A DNA stretch of 64,000 bases. Source: Felis catus. Taxonomy: Eukaryota. The stretch covers positions 29,018,001 through 29,082,000 of the forward strand of contig NC_058368.1 in NCBI RefSeq assembly GCF_018350175.1, read 5' to 3'. Numbering within the stretch: position 1 is the stretch's first letter; every line of letters starts with the position of its first letter. Below the pieces are notes generated by a model. The model made no database searches. It saw only the letters and a program-made list of their open reading frames with translations, and had not been told where the DNA came from. The position numbers were made by a program, and so were the translations under genes. Positions 50,772-63,905 of this stretch are shown one piece after another.

Positions 50772-52294
50772 AATAAATAAACATTTTTTAAAAAATTGGG
50801 ATACTTTCCCTTTCCACTCACAACCCATCCCAGAATGATAACATCAATGATAAACTGATGATAAACTTTTCTTGAGAAAGACCAGTAGCTTTAGGATGCT
50901 TAGCAGAGCGAATATTATTATTCAAAAGTATGATTCTTTGTTCCCAAAGGGATCTCTTTTCGAGTATAAGCAGTAATACATTTAATGATAGAATAAATGC
51001 ATAATGAAATAACCAGACTAAAAGTCTGACATCACTGGACAAATGGGGAAAAGATTTTTTTAAAAACACACCTCAGGCTGCAGACTGTGAGCGTCAGGTG
51101 CTTAGGGTTGTCTTAATTTATGAGGTACCTGTTGGCCTCCGAGCCCCCAACTGCTCATTCATGCAGTCATCTGTTCAGTGAGTGTTCTCTGAACTCCTCT
51201 CTTGTCCTCCTCTGTCACAGCCCCCTGCCTTAACTTTCTCTAGCATGTGTCACTCTCTAAAGTTATTTTTGATCTGTTTGTTGCGTGGTTCTCTTGTCTA
51301 TCTCTCCACTAGATTATCAGCCCCACAGAGCGGGGACTATGTTGCTCCTGTTCAGTGCTGACTCTCCAGAACCCAGAACAATTCCAGAATAAACCACATA
51401 CCACGTGCATGTTAATGTCATCGTGATTATCTTCCAGTGTCACTGAGAGGCAGGTACTGTCAGATAGCTTGAGTTCAAATCCTGGCTCTGCTGCTAACAA
51501 GCTGCGTACTAGGGAAGTTACTTAACCCTCCCATGCCTCAGTTTCCCTAAGTAACCACGGGAGTGTATTGAGTTAATATATGTGAAACACTTTGGAAGGA
51601 TTCTAGCATATAAACGCTTCATAGCATTAGTTATAATTATTTAGTCAAGGCTAGCCCCAGGCCAAACTGTCTGTCTCCAAACCCCATCGTCACTCCCACG
51701 CTGCTGGTCTGCTCCCCCCCACTCATTGTCAGCCCCGTTTGATAGAGGTCCCTGACGTCCTTAGACTTCCCCAGCCTCTGAGAGCCTCCAGCCACACACC
51801 CACCAGGAGTGCCCTCTGGGGCCATGCACCATGCTCCAGAATGAGCTTCTGGCTCCAACACCCTATCATCACCTCTCCACAGAACGTTCTCCATCACCTC
51901 TCCACAGAACGGTCTCCATCCTGTTCCTGAGGACTAAAACAGCCGATCAACCGAACTGCATCTAAGTATTTAAGCACACCTGCCATTTCCCTTGACAAAA
52001 TAGTCCCTGGATCGCCCCACATTGGCAGAAGAGTAAAAAGCTCATGGTGAGTAGACTCAGCTGGAAGGCCCAGTCCCATGTCCTCCAGAACTCCTGCTCC
52101 TTGGGGACCTCTCCGTAACGACCACGGTCACCACGCATGGGCTCAAAGGGAATGGCCCAGGTGCAGGCACCGGATGCCCCATTTCGCCACAAGACAGCCG
52201 AGGGCAGGTTGCAACGTTTATCAACTCTCCTCAGGCTCAGGGATGATTAGCCTCTCAGGCCCTCAGTGCCACCCTCATGATGCATCCTCAGCTG

Positions 52295-53042
52295 TATAGA
52301 GAAGGAATAATTTGGGGTGCCTGGGTGACTGTCAGTTGAATGTCAGATTTCTGCTCAGGTCCTATACTCACGGTTCATGGGTTTGAGCCCCTCATCAACC
52401 TTACTGCTGTCAGCATGGAGCTCACTTTGGATTCTCTGCCACCCCCCCCCCTCTGCCCCTTCCTCGCTCACACACACACTCTCTCTCTCAAAAATAAATA
52501 AACACTGAAAAAAAAAGAGAAGGAATAATTTCCTTCGGCTCTCTTAAGGTGGAGCTAGGAATTAAACTGACGTAAGACGGATCAGTAGGAGAAAAGCGCA
52601 CACATTTTATCTGATATTTTTACATGTACGTGCAAGTCCTCAAAAGGAAAATAAAGGCCTAAAGAAGGCATTGGGCCCCAAAGCCTGACCAATTGTGGGA
52701 ATGTGGTAAGACAAGGTGCCTCGGGCTGGGGACAGTAAATTGTGCGGCAGTGACTGGGAAATACATGGGGGAAACCAATAAAAGATAAGTTATTTTAGTG
52801 GGCTGGTTTGTACAGAGCCTTTCCAGCATCAACTCTCTACACTCTCCAGTGATAAGAAGGTTCTCATCCTGGTACAGGGAGGGCATTTCTCTCAGGGGAA
52901 ATTTTATCGCCCACTTTTAGGTAGAAAGGGGAAAGTCAGGGAGCCCTTACTGCATTCGCTATTGAAGTGCCTTCAGCTCAGAATAATCCATATACTAAAG
53001 CTGCATATGACAAGTGAGGGGGATATCTTCTGATCCCCTGCA
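52295..53042 (-). mobile_element. ERV1-class solo LTR (MER34/CarLTR-like), interrupted by a Can-SINE
   Basis: Reverse complement starts tgcaggggatcagaag...atatgcagctttagtatatggattattctgagctgaaggca, like the recalled MER34-type LTR 5' end. 4-bp TSD GCTG at 52291-52294 and 53043-53046. Confidence 0.65.
52314..52515 (+). mobile_element. Can-SINE
   Basis: TSD AGAGAAGGAATAATTT at 52298-52313 and 52516-52531. Confidence 0.93.
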
Positions 53043-53388
53043 GCTGGAACACTCTTCTCTCCTTCTCCTGGCTGTATCCACTCACAGTGTCTGTCTGCAA
53101 ATCTTTGTGTATATCCACTTCCTCCAGGAAGCCTTCCCTGATAGCACAAGCTGGAATTCCTTTCCTGCACCTCCTGTCCAGGCCCCCGTTCACACAATAT
53201 CACCTGATGCCCTGTCTGATCCCCTGAGAGGGGCCACAGTAATCTTATCCTAATTGCTATCTCCAGCATGGGGCCTGGCATAGAGCGAGCCTTTTCTTAC
53301 TATTTGTTGAGCTGCTAAAGAAAAATTTATTTCAGCTCCAGTGCTCAGATGATGTGTTTCTTGCTTCTGGTTAAAAAACTAAGCTGCT

Positions 53389-53585
53389 GGGGAGCCTGGG
53401 TGGCTCAGTCGGTTAAGCTTCTGACTTTGGCTCAGGTCATGATCTCGCGTTTCGTGAGTTCGAGCCCTGCATCAGGCTCTGTGCTGACAGCTTGGAGCCT
53501 GGAGCTGCTTCAGATTCTGTGTCTCCCCCTCTCTCTTCCCCTTCCCAGCTCGCACTCTGTCTCTCTCTCTCAAAAATAAACACCA
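53389..53585 (+). mobile_element. Can-SINE (outer; its tail resumes at ~53828-53846)
   Basis: Canonical body; imperfect outer TSD aaaact(a/c)agct(g/t)ct. Confidence 0.92.
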
Positions 53586-53815
53586 GGGGCGCCTGGGTGG
53601 CTCAGTCAGTTAAGTGTCCGACTTCAGCCCGGGTCACGATCTCATGGTCCGTGAGTTCAAGCCCTGCGTGGGGCTCTGGGCTGACGGCTCAGAGCCTGGA
53701 GCCTGTTTCCGATTCTGTGTCCCCCTCTCTCTCTGCCCCTCCCCTGTTCATGCTCTGTCTCTCTCTGTCTCAAAAATAAATAAACGTTAAAAAAAATTTT
53801 TTTAATAAAAAAAAT
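53586..53815 (+). mobile_element. SINEC_Fc nested in the tail of the previous SINE
   Basis: TSD AAATAAACACCA at 53574-53585 and 53816-53827. Confidence 0.93.
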
Positions 53816-54639
53816 AAATAAACACCAAAAAAAAATTTTTTTTTTTTAAAACTCAGCTTCTGACATACTGTTGGAAAACAGATTTCTGTGAAACATGAAA
53901 AAGTGAAGAGCATTAGGGAAAAACAGGAAGATATTTGTCTCCATTGTCCTACCTGTGGCTCCCAGGCTCTGCCCCCAGACTTTTTCCCACAGCCAGTGCT
54001 GCCCTGAGAGACGCTCAGGAGGTGAAAATAGTCTGCAATGGGTTGGGCTGCACCATTCAGCTCAGGTCTGCGGCAAAACATGTCATCTCACTTCATCTTT
54101 ATTTGATAGATATTTTTAATTTGAATGGATGATTTTAATTAAATATTAAATAAGTGTCAATGAAACAAGTATAAAGTAAAAGTGTTCATTCTCTTTGAAA
54201 ATATTAAGACATGATAAAGACCTTAATAACATTTTATGTTTACTCCTCTCTTACCCCTCCTTCACCATCTTGTTCCCCATCATTTCTGACCCCTCCTGGG
54301 ATAGTGGGTGGGGGGTGGGGAGGAGGGGAGAAGTGAGGCATTAGGGGGGAAAGAAACCTCCTTGTCAGGTACTATCATAAACTGACATGGCTCTCTCTGA
54401 GACGAGAAGGTGTTGGAAACTGAATCTTCCTCTCGTGGGGCAGGAGTGGGTTCGTAGCAGATACCCCCAGTCAGTGGGGGCACTCTCTTGTAGTCCCCTT
54501 GACAAGAACACCTGCATCTATCCTCTGGTTGATCTGTTACTCCGTTCTGTAAAGGGCTTTTCACGGTGGCCCCTTCCGGGACACCCAGGAATAGAGGCAA
54601 AAAGGAAAGGAGGCTAAAGCAATGAGCTAGCTGGAGAAG

Positions 54640-56200
54640 TACACCCTGACTGCGTAAACAGTGAGCATAAAGGCCCTAAGCTGAGCATGCCTGAGGAACA
54701 GCAAGGAGGCCCATTTGGCTGGAGCACAGCGAGCAAGGGGGCGGCAGGAGGAGATGAAGGTAGAGAACAGCAGGGACTGGTGGGCACGGGGCCTGTAGGC
54801 CAGGACCTTGGCTTTACCCTGTGTGGGGTGGACGGCAAGCCATGGGAGGATTTTGCCAGGAGGAGTGACATGATCTGAATTTAGCTTTAAAAGGATGAGT
54901 CAGCCACTGTGTGGAGGATAGATGTGGGGAAAAGGGGGAATGGGAAAGGCCGAATGATGGAGATTAACCAGGAGGCTTTGCAGTCATCCAGGTGAGAACC
55001 AGTAGTGGCTCAGACCAGGCTGGAAGTGCTGAAGGGAGTGAGAGGGGGATGTGGCATCCTTTGGAAGTAGAGTCAACAGAATCCCTGGCAGACTGGATCA
55101 GAAGTATGAAAGAAAGAGAAGAATCAAAGCTGACTCCAAAGTTTTGGGCCTCAGCAAATTCGTGGAAGGAGAGTGTTTGCCTGAGGAAGACTGCGTATTG
55201 ATGATAAGGACGGAATCAGGAGATGGTTTGGATGTGATAATTTTGAGATGTTAGATTATCAATTGGCAAAGTCACGCAGGCAGTTGGATGCATGAGTCAG
55301 GGGCTCAGGGAGAAGATCATGCTGGAGATATCAATTTTGGAGTCATCAGGATGTAGATGTCATATAAAGTCATGAGACTGAACTGGTCAAAAGGCAATGA
55401 AAGTAAATAAAGAGGAGAGGAGGTCCAAGGGCTAAACCTTGGAGCCTCCAACCTTAAGATATGGAGATACAGAGAAACTGCAAAGACTCTGAGAAAAGCG
55501 CCCAGTAGGCAGGAGAATCAGCAGTATCTCAGAAGCCAGTATGAAGCAAGTCTTCAGGAATGACCGACTGTGTCAAATGCTACAGAGGTGGAGAAGATGC
55601 ATTGACCACTGGCAACATGGGATCACTGGGGACCTTGACAATGGCCCTTTGGGCAGAGTGAAACCTGATTAAGTGTAGCCAAAAGAGAATGGGGAGGAGA
55701 GGAAGCAGAGACAGTGGCACAAATCTTTTGAAGACTTTGCTGTAAAGGACAAAAGAGAGGCAGTAGCTAGATGTGGGAGGGAGATGTGAAGTCAATGGAG
55801 GTTTGGAGGTTTGTTTTTAAGATACGAGACATTAGAGCATGTTTTTATGATAACTGGAATAATAATGTAGGAGAAAGAGAAGAGACTTGCCAGAGTGAAG
55901 TGCTTAGGTGGGCAAGAAAGGATTAAATCTAGAGAGCATCAAAAGGGACTGATCTCAGATCATGCGCATCATGATAGAGTAGAGTAAATGGGCATCAATA
56001 CAAGCAGGATGGCCAGGGTAGCATGTGGGAGCTCTATTCATGTTCTCAATGAAATATGGACTGAGATCATCAGCAGAGAGTGAGGAGGGAGACGAAGGTT
56101 GGAGGAAAGAGGAGAAGGTGTGAAATAGTTTAGGAGAGTGGAAAATGGAGGCAGATTGCCAGGCAAAAACAAAAGCTCACTTGAGATCACTGGTTATGGA
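54640..56200 (-). mobile_element. Long degraded L2 fragment
   Basis: gcaaggaggcccatttggctggagc; ggcaagccatgggaggattttgccaggaggagtgacatgatctga; gactccaaagttttgggcct; tgtgtcaaatgct. Confidence 0.75.
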
Positions 56201-56800
56201 GTTAAGTGAAACCAACCAGCATGGTTGTTTTTCCAGCCAACTAAGCAACCCCAGAGGAGGCATGGAATCGACACAGACTTCAAAGAATTGTTATAAAATA
56301 CCTTTTTAAAAAAATTTTGTTTTAACAGCAAAGATGTTTAACGCATCCGCAAAGTATATTGGGAAAAGTGAAATAGAAACTCTCCAAAAATGAAAGTAAA
56401 AATTTAATGTAATTTCATTTAACCTAAAGTTAAAAAAAAAAGGAAAGAAACTCTCACATATATCAGGTAAGACTATAAATTGGTGCAATTAACTTCAGAA
56501 ATTATTTCCTAAGTCTTCAAAATATTCATTTTGCCCTTCTTCCGTGAAACGGATGTTTACAAAGTCACAACATGAAAAAATCCTCAAGATATAAAGTCAT
56601 GCGCTAACAATAAGCAGGATAAAATACATTTTGAAAAGTCACAGGGAAAATCCCAAAATGTTGATTGTAGTTATCTTTGGCTAGTAGGATTATAGATTAT
56701 TTTCATTTTTTTCGTTATTGCTTCTTGTATTTTCCAAAATGGGATGTATTTCTGCCAAATCAGAAAAAAAAATACTATGTTTAAAAATATGATCCTTCCT

Positions 56801-57003
56801 GGGGCGCCTGGACGGCTCAGCTGGTTAAGCAGCTGACTGCGGCTCAGATCATGATCTCATGGTTCGTGAGTCTGAATCCGGCATCAGGCTCCCCACTGAC
56901 AGTACCGATGGAGCCTGCTTGGGATTCTCTCTCTCTCCCCCCCTCTCTCTGCCCCTCCCCCATTTGTGCTTCTCTCTCAAAATAAATAAGTAAACTTAAA
57001 AAT
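56801..57003 (+). mobile_element. Can-SINE
   Basis: ggggcgcctggacggctcag head, CT tract, A-tail. Confidence 0.92.
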
Positions 57004-57449
57004 ATATATACGGTCCTTTCTGAAAGCAGGAGGATGGATTTGAAGGCAACAGAGTTTTTCCCAATCCTGAGATTCACGTAGAGTCTCCACAGTCTGGTAT
57101 TTCAGACTGTGCAAATTCCAGGCACATCCAAAAACTCCCTCTCAGTCTGTTTACGTCATCAGAGTTAAGCACCCTAAAGTTTTAACCTAAAGATAAAAGG
57201 AGTATTTCATGTACAACGAACTATTTATTCAAGGTGTAATAACAGATTCTTATTCTAGAGTGATCAGTGTCTCCCAACTCCTTCCTTTCCAGACTTGCCT
57301 CAGCCCTCGCCAGAATGTAGAGAAGGCTTTCTGAACTTGGGAACATCTAAATCCAGGAGGTATCCTGCCCAAGGTTTGTCAAATTATTTTACTTATAAAT
57401 TCACCAAAGAAAGCATTAGAATGCATTAAAAGAAACTTCTAGTAATGTA

Positions 57450-57912
57450 TCAATCAGCTGTTGATAACATATGTTATGTTGGTAACGTAACAAACAACCA
57501 TAGAATGTCAACAGCACACAATAAAAAGCATGCATTTCACTTGTGCATTTGTGTATTGGCTGGAGCCAATCTGATACAGGCTGAGCTCATCTGGGCAGCT
57601 CTAAGCTGCAAACTGGGACCAGATCTGCTCCATGCATCTCTTATCCTCCTTAGACCAGTGGGCTAACTTGGCATATTCTCATGATGGCGGGGGGGGGGGG
57701 GGGGGGGGCGGGGAATGTATGAAAAATTAAGCCCAACCATGCAAGTAGATGTCAAGTGCCTGCTTGGATGTCTGTTAACAGCCCATTGGCCAAAACAAGT
57801 CACATGACAACAACAAGTTATCTCTAGTGGAAGGAACTGCAGAATCACAGGGAAAAAGCATGTGAATACCTGGGAGGAGTGAAGAACCTGAGCCAATAAA
57901 TCAGCCTACCAT
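57450..57912 (-). mobile_element. Old MaLR LTR fragment containing a G20 run (57689-57708)
   Basis: ggaccagatctgctccatgcatct; gcatattctcatgatggc; cccattggccaaaacaagtcacatg. Confidence 0.6.
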
Positions 57913-60900
57913 TAGCAGTAAAGAAAGAAAAATTTTAAAATGCAAACATGGAAGGTAGAAATTAATTTACAAAGACTTAATTCCTTAATCATAATCTAAT
58001 TGTGGATATCTCCTATTTCTAGTTACTTTCTCAACACCCCTGTTGAAACTCTACCCCCAAAGCCCCTGTATTCAGTCCTTGAGTGGCATTTCTCATACCC
58101 ATCTCTTCCAGAGGAATGAGTTGAGCCAGAGACCCAGGCTAGATCGGTCAGCAGGTTACTGGACATCAGCCTAGGGAAAAAAAAGAAATCTTGGCTTTAC
58201 TATCCTGGGTATACCAGCGTCTGAAGCCCCTCTAAGCCCTCCAAGCCAGCCTCAATGCCATCCAGTCTGCCCGGCATTCCAAAGCCCCATCAAGTGACGA
58301 GGAAACAGGTCTAAAGGGTCATTTCTCTAATCTTTCTTGGAGGCTGGAGCCTGAAGCCTGATCTACATACTATCAGGTTCCTTCAGTGGGAGATGAGGTT
58401 TGGGAATTCTGTCATTATAGGGAGACCACCAGTCATCTGAAACACCCAAAAAGAACATGCCTTAATGGGCATTAGAATATGCTTAATACAGCCTGAAATC
58501 GACTTCCCCCACCTCCTCCCCCCCACACACTCACCCCACTCCTTCTCTTTCTGCCTTTCCTTCTCCTTCTTCTTTTCAAGCCCACTTCCCAACTGACCTG
58601 AACCTTCAACAAAGGCCCAGCGTCAGTCCAACCACACAGCCTGGGGCCCAGAAGTGCACCACAGTAATGATTTGTATCCCAATGTCACACTCGTGTCACT
58701 GACACAAGTCAAGAGTTCCATGTTCTGCTGTGAAACGTGGTGGTGGCCAGTGCTGGACTGTGGGGTCAGACAGACCCGGATGGAAACCCGTCTCCCTCCT
58801 CTTACCTATCATGTGACCTTAGGCAAATTGCTTAACCCCTCAGCGGGCTTTTGCGGTCTCAGCAATAACATGCAAAAATGCAGGTGTCTGTGGCCAGTGA
58901 CCTTAAATGTGAAACAACGGTCACCCAGCAACAAGTCAGAAACACCTGGTGGTATCTGTTAGATGTCACCACATGGCACAAACCAGCTCTTTCCTTCTGC
59001 ATCACCGGTGGACCAACTGTTTCGTGCAACTGGTTAAGATACTAGTTGCCCTCACAGCTCCACGTTTAAAATAAAGTGTACCTTCTTTTAGTCAATTTAA
59101 TGTATTTCCTAGCACCCTTGATTCAATTCAATAAAGACGATGTGTGGGGTGTTTACACTGTGGCAGATATTGTTGGTGCTTAAACGGCAGAAAGAAAGAA
59201 AACAGGCACTTTTTTAGTTCTTGCTGTGATAAACAACTTTATGGGTATTTATAACCCCTGCGCTGCTCTGTTTAAAGCAGGTGGATCCAGAGGAAGATTA
59301 TTTGTGTGACTAGGAGTAAGGGGGTCAACTGGAAAATACTAATGTTTCATGTAAGGAAAATGAGGCCATTTCAGCAGACTAAGACAACAGAAGTTGATTT
59401 CTCACTCCTGTATCAGCCCAGGGTGATGTTCCTGGTCAGCGAATGGCTTCCTTCCACACGGTGATTCCAGAACCCAGGTTCCTTCCATCTTGTGAACCTG
59501 CCATCCTTTACAGCCTCAAAGTCCCTCCCTCTCAAACTACAGAGGGAAAGAGAGAAAAATGGAGAACACCCACCCACTCCTTAAACGCTCCACTCAGAAG
59601 CAACATACATCACTTCTACCTACAATCCATGGGCAGGAAGTAATCATATGGCCACTCTTGGATACAAGGAAGGCAGGAAAATGTAATCCTCGCTCCTGTT
59701 GAGACGGTAACAATTCTACACTGTACAAAGAGAAGCATAGGCTTTGGGCAAATCGCCAGCTACCTATGTATGCGTGTTAATACAGCGTCCTATTTCCGTT
59801 TGCCTATTTCCCCCACTCTGACATGAGCTCCATAAGAGCCGGTATTTGGGTGGTGACTGCAGAAGAGAAAGAGAAGGAGAGATGAAATAGAACATGACAA
59901 AACTCTGCTACAATAACCGGACTTATTCATTGTATTTTTTTCAATAGCACAAAAATTGTCCACCTTGTGGCTCCCGTTTACAAGTATTTTCATCTGTGTG
60001 ATCTCATGCAATTCTCTTAATAAGCCTCAGATTAATTAGGACACATATTTTATGCCAGAAACTCAAACTCAAATGGATTAAATAACTTGCCTGAAGTCGT
60101 CCAACTAGGAAGTAGCAGAGTCACTACTCAAGGCAGTTCCCCTAAGTCGTAGTTCAGCCGTATTCTCCCTATTCCACGCTAGTTTAAAAATAAGGAGCTA
60201 TTAGTTTCATCTTCTAACTACCATTTGCGCCAAGAAGGCCCGGGAAGCATCTCTTAGCTGCTTCTAACATGAACTCCTTTCTCAGTTTAGGCCAAGCCTC
60301 AATTTACCAGGTGCCAGGCCCAAACCAGCTCCCAGGGGAACCTGGTGGGGGGACACTACTCACACCTCCCAGCAGCTAATGGGGTAATGGAGGAGACAGG
60401 TTGTACAACTGGTTGTGGCTGAAGCAGAGTGAGACACGGGTGCTATGCTAGGGAGACAGATGTGAAGCTAAGGCGGCAGTCATGGCTTCCAGTTGGCATG
60501 AATCTCATCCCAGTAAATTTGGCTACCCTGAGAATGAGGCTGGGGGGCTGCCAGATTAGCTGTCTGTATTGCTTGGCTCCTGAAGAAGCTGGTTCGATGC
60601 ACTCTTCAGGTACTTTCTGTGTTCCTGCTTTTCCACATTTGCTCAGGGCCTAGCCTGGGAAGCAGGGCCCCAGAGCTCCACTCATCAGCCCCTTCCTTCC
60701 CTGGAAGTCAGATGTTAACCATGGCAACACTGACCTTGGTTCTGAGAGTGTCAGCCATTGGCTGGAAGATGGGTGACAAAGAGCAAAGTCTCTGAAATTT
60801 CTGCCTAATCAAAGTCCCAAAGAAGCCAACCTCTGAGCCTTGAGTGGCAGGAGACGAACTGACCCAGAACTTTCCTTGGGGGCTGGCTGGGATGACAAAA

Positions 60901-60928
60901 AAGAGCAGACACTTAACCCCAAAGGGCC

Positions 60929-61042
60929 CAGACGAGGTCCTGCTCTGCGGCTCTCCACCGCCATGACCGGGAGCCTCAGTGTCCTCAGACGAGGTCCTGC
61001 TCTGCCGCTCTCCACCGCCATGACTGGAAGCCTCAGTTTCTT
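60929..61042 (+). repeat. Tandem duplication, 2 x 57 bp, inside MIR-derived sequence
   Basis: cagacgaggtcctgctctgc... at 60929 and 60986; 5 mismatches between copies. Confidence 0.92.
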
Positions 61043-61174
61043 CGTCTGTAGACTGGCAATGATAACGCCTGCTCATCGGGCTGCCCTGAGAATGAGGAGA
61101 GGCCACCCATGGCACAGGCCTCACATGTGGTACTGAATTCCTGCCACAAAGAGCTCCTACACAGCTTCTCTTTA

Positions 61175-61363
61175 TTTTTTTTAAATGTTTATTCATTTTT
61201 GAGAATGTGCAGAACAGGGTAGGGGCAGAGAGAGGGAGACAGAGGATCCGAAGTAGGCTCTGCACTGACAGCAGAGAGTCTGACGCAGGGCTCAAACTCA
61301 CAAACCGTAAGATCATGACCTGAGCCAAAGTCGGGCGCTTCAACTGAGCCACCCAGGCGCCCC
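61175..61363 (-). mobile_element. Can-SINE
   Basis: T-tail to ctgagccacccaggcgcccc; TSD-like agctt(c/g)tcttta. Confidence 0.92.
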
Positions 61364-63809
61364 ACGGAGCTTGTCTTTAAAAGCTCTAGAGTGGGCTCAC
61401 TCCAGCATTGTGTTCACGGAAACATCCCTCCTTAAGTGGCCTTCTTTGAAGATTACTTCACACTCCTTAAATGCCAAACTTATCTATTTAAATCCCAGAA
61501 CAGGATGTCCTTGCCTCTGGAAACCCCAGTGTGACCTCTGAGGCTATGGTGCTACGCTGCAAACAGCGCCCTTCGCGTGACAGTCCCCTCATCCCATGGC
61601 CAAATGAGACATAGCTGAAATGGTGACTCTAGGCAGGGCCCACATCAAGTTCTCATTGTTACCCTGCCTCACAGCCTCTGTGCACAGAGGCACCAGTTCA
61701 TGCACTGTTCAGCTGTCAAGGTGGAATTGAGTACTCGAAAGTGGAACAGCTCAAGAGGCCCGCAGTGAGGACCGGAGGGAAACCTGGAAGGAACAGCCAC
61801 AGGACCGGAAAAACCTTATTAGATCAAAGACACCCCCCTTCCTTCAGAAAGACTCTTCCCTACACCCTTTCAGGCAAATGATTGTCTAGCCTTTAAAAAC
61901 AAAAAAGCCTCAGGAGAAAGCAAACCCCAGCCCTCCCACAAACTCACCACCGATTGGTGTGTCCAGCTTCGCCCAAGATCCCTAGTCCATCCTTGGTGAT
62001 ATGGAAAGCAGGCAGCCTCCCTTAAGTGGCCTTAAATTCCCATTCAGTCGTTCAGGAAAGCAGGACAATGTAAGCCCAGCCCTTTGAAAGGAGAGTTTTC
62101 TTTCCTGACACCTCATACCTCCCCTCAGACCATCTCCACGTTCCCTGTGTCTCTCCTGGACTGTGCAGCCACTAAGAGACTCAGAAAACCAGTGTCTGAG
62201 CTCGGGCCAAGAAACGCAAGCCAGGTGCTTCTCATCTTAAGAGAAATAAAGTAGTGATTGTGTAGCGCAAAGTCTTAATTATCAGGAGAAAATGCTAATC
62301 CAACCTTTCAGATCATGGTAGTACATCTGTCTCTTTATTTCCAAGGAGGGAACAGTTTTACCTTCCAGAACAGGGCTGAAGACAACATGAACAGAATCCT
62401 AAACCCCAGGGCGTGGCAGGATTGAAAAGGCAGAATTCGCACAAAGAATCGCAAATTACAAACGGTGCAGCCTGAAAAACACCCCCCTGCAGCAACCCGC
62501 CAAGGAGAAGCGATCTCTTCACCATCTCAATCAAGATTTAAAAATCAGAGAAGGATCGAGATCTCATTTTCCCACGTGCCCTGGGACCCGTGAGGCTGTG
62601 GCCCCGAACCAGTGCCACGGCCACTCTGAGGGCAGGCTCTAATCTTAGCACAACGGGCCTCCTCAAATCAGAGCGACCTCCCTTCCCAGGCGGTTTCCTT
62701 GTCCGTGTGCTCCCTGGCTCCCTAGCCTGCCGCCGGCCTTATGCAACTTCTCTTATCTGTGCACAAGCAATTGCAAACAAATGTCCTTCCGGGCACAGCT
62801 AATCTCTCTATCAGTCCTGGATCACTTGAGATTATGATGGTTAATTATAATGGTTTGGGGAGCTCATTTTCCCCATGGTACATTTACGTCTCTGATTTCC
62901 CCTTCCTGAAACTTGTCGTCTGAGACTTTTGTTTAAGGGTCACCTAAACCTTTGGCCCCAGCGTCCAGTTTCTGATGCCTAAAATGAGGCAGCCTCATTT
63001 TAGATGAGGCTTTTTGTGTATCAGCCCAAGGAAATAGAGCCAGTCAGGGGCAAAGGTGGGACAAGGGATCAGATGGCAGCCCTTGTTCCATCTGAAAGGT
63101 GTGCTGCTGACCCGCCTTCCAGAATGATCCTGAACTCCGTGTTCTTTTAAGATTCCTTTCCTTTGAGTCTGCTCACCTACCGCCACCCTCACTGGGTAAG
63201 TCATGGGTAAGAATGTTTCCCACACTCCTCTGCGGCTCCCTGAGTTATCCCAGGAACTCGCTCCACACTCCCGCTTTTCTGAGCAGGGCAGCTTCTCACT
63301 CAGAATCCCTCCTGTCACGACACTGCTGCTCCCTTCCCCTCCCGTGGCTCTCAGGGCCTCCTTCCGGCAGCACCAGACCCTGCCCGCCAGATACCCTTGA
63401 CAAGTGAGGGGTCACACTCCGGTCCTCCCCCTCCCAGACCTGTTCTTGGCTGAGCATGGGCTTCCTTTGGCTTAGAATCTACAACCAAGCCTTGACTCTT
63501 CTGATTCCAGAACAGGCTTTGGCCCTGGGCCTAGGACAACAGGTCAAATGCCTCCTGGGAGCACGTAGGAATGGGCCCTTCCCCATATGCTGCATGAAAC
63601 CTCAAATACAAAGGTGATCCTGTTTTGAAATGTTGATAAGCAAGGACAAGCCCATAGGTGAGCAGGCCAGTCCAGGCCTAGGAAGCAGAACTGTCCAGTG
63701 AGCAGCTCAACACCAGATCCTCCAGGGATCTGGAACAGCTCTGCTTTTTTCCCTGGGCCTTCCAAACCAGAACCCACATTTTCATCTCTTTCCTTCCAAC
63801 TAATCCATG

Positions 63810-63905
63810 ACATACACATGCACACACATGCACATACATGCACACCCACGCATACACGTGCACATGTACACATATATGCATTCGTTCACATGTTCAGATA
63901 CACAC
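63810..63905. repeat. Degenerate (CA)/(CATG) low-complexity tract
   Basis: Seen directly. Confidence 0.75.
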
